From contig JALTLO010000127.1 in NCBI GenBank assembly GCA_027001995.1, forward strand, positions 1 through 14,024: 14,024 nt of DNA, written 5' to 3'. A program made the position numbers and the translations under genes. This document shows, piece by piece, positions 1-8,846 of the stretch. Under the pieces are notes generated by a model. That model saw only the letters and a program-made list of their open reading frames with translations. It searched no databases and was not told the DNA's origin. How positions within the stretch are numbered: position 1 is the stretch's first letter; every line of letters starts with the position of its first letter. Source of the stretch: Planctomycetota bacterium (GTDB lineage Bacteria > Planctomycetota > GCA-002687715 > DRQF01).

Positions 1-819
1 GTCTCTGGACTTCTTGTCCTTCAACCCATGGAGAGCTTCTTTCAATGAAGGGACGAGCTTTTTGGCTGCGTCCAGGTTCTTTCCGTGAATCGCCGATTCT
101 AAGTCATCCAATTGCTTCAAGAACTCCTGAGTTTGAGACCGCTGATGTGCCTTCAACTTGAGCCACAATTTCTTGGCGGTGACGTGAAGAGCTTGGGGTG
201 TGTCAGCCTTGCTCAGAGATTGAACGGCCATTTTTTCTGCCGCCGTCAAATCTTCCTTTGTTTCCAACCATTGCTCTACATGATCCTGTAAACGTTCAAG
301 TTGGGGATCATGGGCTCTTTGCACGTTTGGCGTGGCGAGAAGGGCTGTGTCAACCAGTAAGACGATGGCCAGGAATTTTGAAACTTGACTGACGGGCGAT
401 GGTGCAATGCGTCTGACATCCCCACGTTCGCAAGCTTCTTCGAGTGTCTGGCAGAATAAGCGATGAATGGGAAGCGCCGCGTCAATTGTTGGAGACTCCA
501 AAGCTGTGACAAAGAGTTCTTTTGATGCCAAAGATCGATCGATCTTGAGGGCGGCAGCTTTGAGGGAAGGGCGGCTTGTCCAAGCTCCAATGGCGCCGAA
601 AAGAACAGCAAGAAAAACCGTCAAAATCGGCAAAATCGTCGTGGTCCAATCGTTGCAAAAGTGAATCTTGGAGGCAGACAAAGGAACGAAGGCCAAGGAA
701 AGACCAGACAAAGTGAACCAACCCATAAGCCCAGCAGTATGCTGCCAACTGAGGCGCCGCTGAACGGCAGCGATCAGACGTTTGGCTTGGTCGAGGGACT
801 TGTCCTTGCTTCCTTTCAT
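1..819 (-). CDS. Membrane protein with N-terminal TM helices followed by a helical/coiled-coil region; 3'-truncated by the window edge (273 codons visible)
   Basis: Hand translation from ATG at 819 is open to base 1: MKGSKDKSLDQAKRLIAAVQRRLSWQHTAGLMGWFTLSGLSLAFVPL...TILPILTVFLAVLFGAIGAWTSRPSLKAAALKIDRSLASKELFVTALE...KFLAIVLLVDTALLA...LKQLDDLESAIHGK. It has 2-3 hydrophobic segments. The ATG is 4 nt after the TAG of the upstream gene. It is missing from the ORF track, presumably because no stop lies in the window. Confidence 0.85.
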   Translation of the reverse strand, partial: MKGSKDKSLDQAKRLIAAVQRRLSWQHTAGLMGWFTLSGLSLAFVPLSASKIHFCNDWTTTILPILTVFLAVLFGAIGAWTSRPSLKAAALKIDRSLASKELFVTALESPTIDAALPIHRLFCQTLEEACERGDVRRIAPSPVSQVSKFLAIVLLVDTALLATPNVQRAHDPQLERLQDHVEQWLETKEDLTAAEKMAVQSLSKADTPQALHVTAKKLWLKLKAHQRSQTQEFLKQLDDLESAIHGKNLDAAKKLVPSLKEALHGLKDKKSRD

Positions 820-823
820 TATC

Positions 824-1831
824 CTATTTCTTATAGGCAGTGATGGTGATGGTAATTTCAGCTTCCAAGTCTTCCGGTAGAACTTGCTGGTTAATGGACC
901 AGATCATTTCATTGTGGGAATCTGCATGGTTGCAAGTGATGACAGATAAGTGGCCGAAGTTGTCGGTCAAGGCTATCACAACGCGGGCTTCGTCTGGTAT
1001 GTAGAGGTCTTCCCCGGTGAGGAAACTGGTGTCCCAATCAGAACCGGTGAAGAGCCACTCCGCCGATTCCATGTATTTCTTTCGCCGGTCATTCCACAAG
1101 AACTCTTCTAACTTGGTACTTCGCTCCGCTCCTGGCCATGTCAGACTGATGGACAACTTTCCACCTGTGGCCGGAGTCCCTTTGCGGTAGTCAGCGGGGT
1201 CTCCTTCCTTGATGCCCAGTTGCAGTAGACCAGCCCGCAATGCGCTGGGACGACAAAACGTCTCAAGCAAAGTTTCGTGGAGTGGACCTCCTGAAGTCGC
1301 TGCGATGAGTTCAAGGGGGCGGCTGGGATTGACCAAGCGGCCCTTCATAGTGAGGACACCTTCTGCCTCATCGACTGTGATGCCTCCATCTTTGAGCCAC
1401 TTCTTGAGTTTCGCTGGATCAGTGGGAATCGCCGAAGCACCACTGGGGCTGATGGCTGACAACCGACGCATGATGTTCTTTTGCATGCGCATGAGGTTTT
1501 TTTGATTGGCTCGTTCAAATTCGTAGATCTGCGAGCCAATGTCGTCGATATTCTGTGTCAGGAGTTTGACATCTGCGAAGAGCTGTTTCGTTGGATCCGC
1601 CGACGTCTTTTTTTCTTTCATGCGGTCCAGTTTGAAAGTGATCTTGGCAAGTTCGTTCTTCAGGGCAACGAGCTCTTCTTTGTGTTCGTTCTTGTTTGTT
1701 GGTTTTTGAGTGGGCTTTGATTCCAGTTTTCCTGGAAGCCACATGATAACCAAGACGATGAGAGCAGCGAGCTCTGCCGCCAGAACCACGACCACAATTC
1801 CTAACCAGTTCTTCTGCATTGACTTACTCAC
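824..1831 (-). CDS. Single-TM, coiled-coil, C-terminal YdjY-like domain protein
   Basis: N-terminal hydrophobic anchor (WLGIVVVVLAAELAALIVLVIMWL) and a heptad-rich segment (ELVALKNELAKITFKLDRMK...LTQNIDDIGSQIYEF). The C-terminal LELIAATSGGPLHETLLETFCRPSALRAGLLQLG..G.P...G.KLSISLTW...WLFTGS resembles YdjY-domain proteins as I recall them from PVC genomes; not searched. Start is GTG 1831 or ATG 1819. Confidence 0.75.
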   Translation of the reverse strand: MSKSMQKNWLGIVVVVLAAELAALIVLVIMWLPGKLESKPTQKPTNKNEHKEELVALKNELAKITFKLDRMKEKKTSADPTKQLFADVKLLTQNIDDIGSQIYEFERANQKNLMRMQKNIMRRLSAISPSGASAIPTDPAKLKKWLKDGGITVDEAEGVLTMKGRLVNPSRPLELIAATSGGPLHETLLETFCRPSALRAGLLQLGIKEGDPADYRKGTPATGGKLSISLTWPGAERSTKLEEFLWNDRRKKYMESAEWLFTGSDWDTSFLTGEDLYIPDEARVVIALTDNFGHLSVITCNHADSHNEMIWSINQQVLPEDLEAEITITITAYKK

Positions 1832-1905
1832 TACCTAAAAATGCGATTCGAGTCGATTTGTGATTCTGTACCAATTTGCGAACCGACTGACTTAGACTAA
1901 TCTTA

Positions 1906-1930
1906 AACGATGGCTTTGGGGTGGGGTTCA
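1906..1930 (-). promoter_or_regulatory. Putative ECF-sigma promoter TGAAC-N16-CGTT
   Basis: The minus strand reads TGAAC cccaccccaaagccat CGTTTAA, the AAC-N16-CGT geometry typical of ECF promoters, about 75 nt upstream of the YdjY gene start. Confidence 0.5.
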
Positions 1931-2001
1931 TGAACTTTTTCCGGGGAAACTTCATGTGTTGCTTCTTGGTCCCAGGGCCGAAGGCAGAGAAGCGACAGAA
2001 G

Positions 2002-2316
2002 CTATCTTGTCACTTCGTAACTTTTCTGCCATTCCTCAAACCCACCGTCCATGCTCCAAACGGTTTGGAAACCCCGTTTGAGAAGGTAAGCCGTCACTGA
2101 CTTACTGTTGTTTCCATGATAGCAGTAAACCACGATCGGTTGCTTCTTGTCAGTTTCTGCCAAGAAGGTGGCGATGTTCTCGTTGTCTAAGACCTGAGAG
2201 CCAGGGATGTGTGATGTGGCGATGGACCTGGGATCTCGGATGTCAACGAAAATGGCAGAACCTTGAGTCAGATATTCTTGTGCTTGTCGCGTGTTAATTC
2301 TGGGCACGTCGTCCAT
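2002..2316 (-). CDS. glpE: Thiosulfate sulfurtransferase (single-domain rhodanese), GlpE type
   Basis: 104 aa with VDIRDPRS..SHIPGS, active-site loop VVYCYHGNNS and C-terminal SMDGGFEEW, closely matching E. coli GlpE motifs (CYHGNSS, SIDGGFEAW). RBS AAAGGAAAGCAA precedes the ATG. Confidence 0.92.
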   Translation of the reverse strand: MDDVPRINTRQAQEYLTQGSAIFVDIRDPRSIATSHIPGSQVLDNENIATFLAETDKKQPIVVYCYHGNNSKSVTAYLLKRGFQTVWSMDGGFEEWQKSYEVTR

Positions 2317-2340
2317 TTGCTTTCCTTTTTGTGGTCATAT

Positions 2341-2385
2341 CATAGAAAAAGCCGAGTCGCTGTTACGACTCGGCTCTATTCTATG
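2341..2385 (-). terminator. Rho-independent terminator after clpC
   Basis: 10-bp stem AGCCGAGTCG (2350-2359) / CGACTCGGCT (2366-2375), 6-nt loop, and a T-run on the minus strand. The outer CATAGAA/TTCTATG extends the inverted repeat. Confidence 0.85.
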
Positions 2386-2405
2386 TGAATGCTGGAAGGA
2401 ACCAA

Positions 2406-4892
<2,487 letters not shown>

Positions 4893-4959
4893 GCGCTTTT
4901 TTCCTTCTTTGCTTGTGGCGGGCTCAAGACCCGTCGTTCCGTTTAGTGCAGCGTGTTGT

Positions 4960-5181
4960 TCAGTCTTTTAACGAAGCTGATGACCATTCAAGGAGGTCGT
5001 CATCCAATTCGAGATCAACTTTGTTCCCTTGGGAGGTCCCAAGGGGGAACTCCTTATGTTCTCTTTCGGCAAGACTCAGGGCCCTATCTTTGTCCAAAGC
5101 CGAAGGAATATTTACCCAAGGGTTGATCTTCGTGCTTTTGCGCCGTATTTTCAGCCCTAAGTCTTGCTCTGGCAAGATCAT
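4960..5181 (-). CDS. Possible small hypothetical protein (73 aa) between mcsB and clpC
   Basis: A co-oriented ATG-started ORF filling most of the 378-nt gap, with an acidic C-terminus (DLELDDDLLEW). There is no clear RBS and no family I recognise. Confidence 0.3.
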   Translation of the reverse strand: MILPEQDLGLKIRRKSTKINPWVNIPSALDKDRALSLAEREHKEFPLGTSQGNKVDLELDDDLLEWSSASLKD

Positions 5182-5270
5182 AGGTCTTCAGGGAGTCAGT
5201 CTATGCGAATCTGACCGTTCCTGCGAATTTCTCCGACAAATCTCAATATATTCAGGAGCTTGGACTGACT

Positions 5271-6323
5271 TTAGGCCAGCCATTCGCGAATGAGCCGGGC
5301 TCGAGAAATGTCTCGCTCTTCTGGATCGGAAGGCGCCCCTCGCAACACTTGGAGGTGAGCCGGCTGGGTATACAAAAAGAGATCATTGATGCGCTCTTGG
5401 CCAAGATCATGGAGAATCTCCAAATTGATCCCCAGGCGGACACTGGACAAATGCTGCATGGTCTCTTCTGAATTCATCTTACGTGCATATTGCAAGGTTC
5501 CCAGGGCTCGCCAAGCCCGGTCTTCCATGGTCACACGATCTTGCTGCATGACGAGTTTGCGCAGTCCTCGTTCCCACTCAATGATCTTGAGCACCATGGT
5601 CCGGACATCGCGAAGGATTTGGACTTCATCCCGTCCCAAAGTGACTTGATTCGAAATCTGGTAGAAGTCGCCGGAGGCCTTTGTTCCTTCGCCGTAGAGC
5701 CCCCTCACCACCAGCCCAACACGGCTGGCAGCTGTGTGCACCTTCTTAATCTGATCGGTGTGAACTAGGACCGGAAGATGAAGCATCACGGAGACCCGCA
5801 AACCGGTGCCCACATTGGTGGGGCAAGCCGTGAGGTATCCCCACCGCGATGAAACTGCGAAGGGGAGGCGGCTCTCCAAAACCGAATCGATTTGATTGGT
5901 GACCCGCCAAGTCTCTTCCAATTGCAAGCCGCGATGGATGCCCTGAATACGCAGATGATCCTCCTCATTTGTCATAATGGAGAGGTTTTCTGTGGGGGCA
6001 AAAATGACTCCTCGGGAGCCTCGCCCTTTGGCCAATTCTGGGCTGATCAAATGCCGTTCAACAAGGAGGCGTCTCTCAGTTTCGCTGAGATCGTCAATAG
6101 ACCAGTAGGCTCCTTCCGGAATGATCTGAGAATCTGCAATGCCGCTCTTAAGCTTCGCTTCGACTTCTTGTCGTTCGCATTGGTTGGAACGCCACGGCAT
6201 TTTGTGGCCGCGTATATTGCGGGCTAAGCGGATGCGCGTGGAAATGACAACATCGTTATCAGGGCCATTGGGACCGAGCCATTCACCTGAACCCGAAGAA
6301 AAGCGATCATCCAGCATGTTCAT
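5271..6323 (-). CDS. mcsB: Protein-arginine kinase McsB
   Basis: VVISTRIRLARN, LLVERHLISP, NEEDHLRIQ, GYLTACPTNVGTGLRVSVMLHLP, RGLYGEGT...YQISNQVTLG and C-terminal RDISRA. I moved the start from 6434 to ATG 6323 (350 aa, 17-nt overlap with mcsA); ATG 6317 is an alternative. Confidence 0.96.
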   Translation of the reverse strand: MNMLDDRFSSGSGEWLGPNGPDNDVVISTRIRLARNIRGHKMPWRSNQCERQEVEAKLKSGIADSQIIPEGAYWSIDDLSETERRLLVERHLISPELAKGRGSRGVIFAPTENLSIMTNEEDHLRIQGIHRGLQLEETWRVTNQIDSVLESRLPFAVSSRWGYLTACPTNVGTGLRVSVMLHLPVLVHTDQIKKVHTAASRVGLVVRGLYGEGTKASGDFYQISNQVTLGRDEVQILRDVRTMVLKIIEWERGLRKLVMQQDRVTMEDRAWRALGTLQYARKMNSEETMQHLSSVRLGINLEILHDLGQERINDLFLYTQPAHLQVLRGAPSDPEERDISRARLIREWLA

Positions 6324-6900
6324 CTCGGTCTCTTCTTGATGTCTCATGAAGAGGGGAATCACTGTCGTGGGTGAGGGCAGCGATACGGTCTCGAAGACCG
6401 GCGGCTTCTTCGTATCGTTCTTCGTTGATGGCACATTCTAAATCAGCGCAAAGTTGTTTGGCGCGATGTTGCCTGGCGCGTTCGGCTTCGATTTCTCGAG
6501 GCACCTTTCCCACGTGTTCCGTGGCGCCATGCAAGCGCGAAACCAAAGCTTCGATTTCTTCGCAGAATAAGTCGTAATCAGCGGGGCAACCGACGACACC
6601 GCGCTTGTGAAATTCTTCTAAGGAGTTGCCGCAGTTTTCGCATACGATGTTGGGTACTGTTGGTTCAGGTTTGGGGTTTGTCAAACCTTTCACAAGTTCA
6701 CCCAAACCTTGAAGGTCGATTTGGGCGGATGTGGGGGTGAGTTTTACGAAGTCGGAGATGTTTGGCACAGAAAACGGCTGGGACAATCCTTGCTTGTTGT
6801 AGCAAGCTTCACAGATATGTCGCTCCGACTTGACGTTGTTCACAATGTCAATCGTCTTGATCGTTGCTTCTTCTTCGCCACAAATCTGACAGAGATTCAT
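6307..6900 (-). CDS. mcsA: McsA, Zn-finger/UVR-domain activator of McsB
   Basis: CQIC, CEAC, CENC and GCPADY motifs, LHGATEHVGKVP, and C-terminal UVR motif AINEERYEEAAGLRDRI. RBS GGGGAG; directly upstream of mcsB. Confidence 0.93.
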   Translation of the reverse strand: MNLCQICGEEEATIKTIDIVNNVKSERHICEACYNKQGLSQPFSVPNISDFVKLTPTSAQIDLQGLGELVKGLTNPKPEPTVPNIVCENCGNSLEEFHKRGVVGCPADYDLFCEEIEALVSRLHGATEHVGKVPREIEAERARQHRAKQLCADLECAINEERYEEAAGLRDRIAALTHDSDSPLHETSRRDRDEHAG

Positions 6901-6936
6901 GTATTACTCCCCGAAGACTTCGTTGCTCATCATCTT

Positions 6937-6966
6937 AGAATAACCATGGTGAGGGTCTAGGGTCAA
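6937..6966 (-). promoter_or_regulatory. Putative sigma70-type promoter of mcsA-mcsB-clpC
   Basis: Minus strand TTGACC (6961-6966) - 18 nt - TATTCT (6937-6942), 36 nt upstream of the mcsA ATG. Confidence 0.55.
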
Positions 6967-6978
6967 AGAGAAACAGAC

Positions 6979-7524
6979 CTATTTCGATGAATTCTCTTGG
7001 TCCAATGGGGGAGATGGCTCAGTCTGCGATTTTTTGGCGTTTTTCCCGTCATCAAGGAACGGCGCTTTGGCTTCTCCCGCGGAATCCTGCAAGATTTTGG
7101 CCCGCCTGCGCATCTGATCGGCCCGGTCCAAAAGAGCAGCCACGTAGTTCTTTGGGTCGTCCAACACCAAATCGAGGAGAGTTGATTCTTCCAGCGTGAC
7201 TTTCAGGCGGTAATCCCTTTCGATGGCAATGGGCTGAATCAAAGTGAGGACGTCAAAAGGGAAGGTGTCCAAGAAGAATTCTCCGCTGTCGTGGTGGATA
7301 CGGACAGGGGCGTACTTGGTCTCGCCGACTTCATGAAGCAAGAGGAATTCTCGGGCCCCACCGTATTCAATGTCGATGGTGATGGGGGTGGTGCCGATGT
7401 CTTTTCTTTCCATGAAGACACGGGCCCCGGGTGGAGTCGATTCGATGGTGAGCGTTCGCGTCACACATGAGGCGCACAACAGGAGGGATATCCCGATTAG
7501 ACCCAGTTTTAGCATTTGGTTCAT
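6979..7524 (-). CDS. PEGA-domain lipoprotein
   Basis: Signal peptide and lipobox (KLGLIGISLLLCAS-C) followed by the PEGA signature TLTIESTPPGARVFMERKDIGTTP. Start placed at ATG 7524 behind GGAGA; the ORF track gives 7545. Confidence 0.8.
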   Translation of the reverse strand: MNQMLKLGLIGISLLLCASCVTRTLTIESTPPGARVFMERKDIGTTPITIDIEYGGAREFLLLHEVGETKYAPVRIHHDSGEFFLDTFPFDVLTLIQPIAIERDYRLKVTLEESTLLDLVLDDPKNYVAALLDRADQMRRRAKILQDSAGEAKAPFLDDGKNAKKSQTEPSPPLDQENSSK

Positions 7525-7627
7525 CCGTTTCTCCAATAGCATCATAGCCGAGTCAGCCCTGATTTCCCATGGGGTGGACTCTTCCTTCCATGATCGCGAA
7601 TTTCGACAAACTCAGGACATACCAAAG

Positions 7628-7666
7628 AAAAAGACCCCTGGTCCATGGGAACCAAGGGTCTTTTTT
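7628..7666 (-). terminator. Rho-independent terminator after the tRNA pair (potentially bidirectional)
   Basis: AAAAAGACCC-CTGGT...ACCAA-GGGTCTTTTTT inverted repeat flanked by A and T runs, immediately 3' of tRNA-Ser(GCT). Confidence 0.85.
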
Positions 7667-7667
7667 A

Positions 7668-7752
7668 CGGAGAGACCGGGATTCGAACCCGGGGAGGTTT
7701 AACCCTCACCCGCTTAGCAAGCGGGCGCATTCGGCCACTCTGCCATCTCTCC
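7668..7752 (-). tRNA. tRNA-Ser(GCT)
   Basis: Reverse complement GGAGAGATGGCAGAGTGGCCGAATGCG-CCCGC TT GCT AA GCGGG-TGAGGGTTAAACCTC-CCCGGGTTCGAATCCCGG-TCTCTCCG: acceptor stem, long variable arm, TTCGAAT loop, discriminator G, no encoded CCA. Confidence 0.97.
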
Positions 7753-7787
7753 TATTTGTCTATCTCGGCCCTTTCTTGGGCTTCAAG

Positions 7788-7872
7788 CGGAGGGTGAGGG
7801 ATTCGAACCCCCGGTTGCTTGCACAACAACGGTTTTCAAAACCGTCACATTCGACCACTCTGACAACCCTCC
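7788..7872 (-). tRNA. tRNA-Ser(TGA)
   Basis: Reverse complement GGAGGGTTGTCAGAGTGGTCGAATGTG-ACGGT TT TGA AA ACCGT-TGTTGTGCAAGCAAC-CGGGGGTTCGAATCCCTC-ACCCTCCG: long variable arm, discriminator G, no encoded CCA. Confidence 0.97.
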
Positions 7873-7894
7873 GGGCTCGCGCCGTATGAACGCC

Positions 7895-7931
7895 GCGGTG
7901 CCGATTGTATCTTTGAGAAAGAAGCTCACAA
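7895..7931 (-). promoter_or_regulatory. Putative stable-RNA promoter with GC-rich discriminator
   Basis: Minus strand TTGTGA (7926-7931) - 16 nt - TACAAT (7904-7909) followed by CGGCACCGC, about 30 nt upstream of tRNA-Ser(TGA). A 16-nt spacer with a GC discriminator is typical of stringently controlled tRNA/rRNA promoters. Confidence 0.65.
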
Positions 7932-7994
7932 GGGGATAGAGTAAACTCTGTTTGTTGAAGGATTTTCTATTGGCCGTTTTCTCACGAGGGAAAC

Positions 7995-8846
7995 ATGCTT
8001 CACGACCCCCCAAACCTCATAGAACGCCTCAGAACTGCCCATAAAGGCGATTGTGGCCGTGTGCTCCTCATCGCAGGTTCCCAACAATTCTCTGGGGCAG
8101 CCGTTCTTTCTGCCGCCGGTGCATGCCGTGGAGGGGCGGGTTTTGTCGAACTAGCACTGCCAAAATCTCTGTTGGCTGGCCCCAATTCCTTTGATCCCGG
8201 GGTGATTCTCCATGGATTGCGAGAAAATTTTGCTGGGCAGCTGGCTTTTCCCGCTTGGCTCAGTCTCAAGAAGCTCATTTCGAGGGCCGATTGCATCGTT
8301 ATCGGTCCTGGCTGGGGACAAAGCGAAGATCTTCAGGCACTTTTGTATCGTGTGCTGGAGACTGCCCACTGTCCTTTGGTCATAGACGCGGACGCCCTCA
8401 ATATCTTGGCTCAAGATCCCAATCGGCCGTCCTTGCCGAATACGAGCATCTTGACACCTCATCCTGGGGAAGCGGCGCGGCTCTTGAAGCGTCAAACCAA
8501 GGATATTCAGCTCGACCGACCCAGGGCATTGTCAGAACTTATTGAACTTATAGGGACGGTGATCGTTCTGAAAGGAGCCCAGACTTTGGTGGGAACTGGT
8601 GGGTTGGTTTTTCAAAACGGAACCGGTTCTGCGGCCATGGCCGTTGCTGGAATGGGAGACGTTTTGGCCGGTCTCATCGGAGCTTTGGTGGCCCAGGGTG
8701 AGAGCCCTTTTGACGCAGCCTGCCAAGCCGTCTGGGCCCATGGGTTTGCTGGCGACCTTGCTGCTGCCAGTGGGGGAATGCGAGGGTTAGCCCCAAGCCA
8801 GGTGGCGCAATACATCCCTCAAGCACTCAGAGAATTATCACCTTGA
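7995..8846 (+). CDS. nnrD: ADP-dependent NAD(P)H-hydrate dehydratase (YjeF C-terminal / carbohydrate kinase family), stand-alone
   Basis: HKGDCGRVLLIAGS..FSGAAVL, VIGPGWG, LVIDADALN, ILTPHPGEAARLL, VLKGAQT and AGMGDVLAG motifs; RBS GAGGG. Confidence 0.95.
   Translation: MLHDPPNLIERLRTAHKGDCGRVLLIAGSQQFSGAAVLSAAGACRGGAGFVELALPKSLLAGPNSFDPGVILHGLRENFAGQLAFPAWLSLKKLISRADCIVIGPGWGQSEDLQALLYRVLETAHCPLVIDADALNILAQDPNRPSLPNTSILTPHPGEAARLLKRQTKDIQLDRPRALSELIELIGTVIVLKGAQTLVGTGGLVFQNGTGSAAMAVAGMGDVLAGLIGALVAQGESPFDAACQAVWAHGFAGDLAAASGGMRGLAPSQVAQYIPQALRELSP

Noticed and set aside
198..843. Short ORFs 198-392, 276-611, 467-664, 482-748 and 661-843
   Set aside because: All lie over the longer uninterrupted minus-strand frame 1-819, which has a plausible membrane-protein sequence.
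6324..6434. Extended mcsB N-terminus (387 aa) from the ORF track
   Set aside because: It would overlap mcsA by 128 nt, and similarity to McsB begins only after MNMLDDRF.
6954..6967. CtsR box (GGTCTAG GGTCAAA)
   Set aside because: There is only one true heptamer, the spacing is wrong, it is explained as the -35 TTGACC, and no ctsR is present in the window.
7680..7860. Repeated GATTCGAACCC and TTCG.CCACTCTG, suggesting a CRISPR-like repeat
   Set aside because: These are the conserved T-arm and D-arm of the two tRNA-Ser genes.
7569..8013. ORFs 7569-7889 (+) and 7783-8013 (-)
   Set aside because: They are shadow frames over the two tRNA genes, their terminator and promoter.
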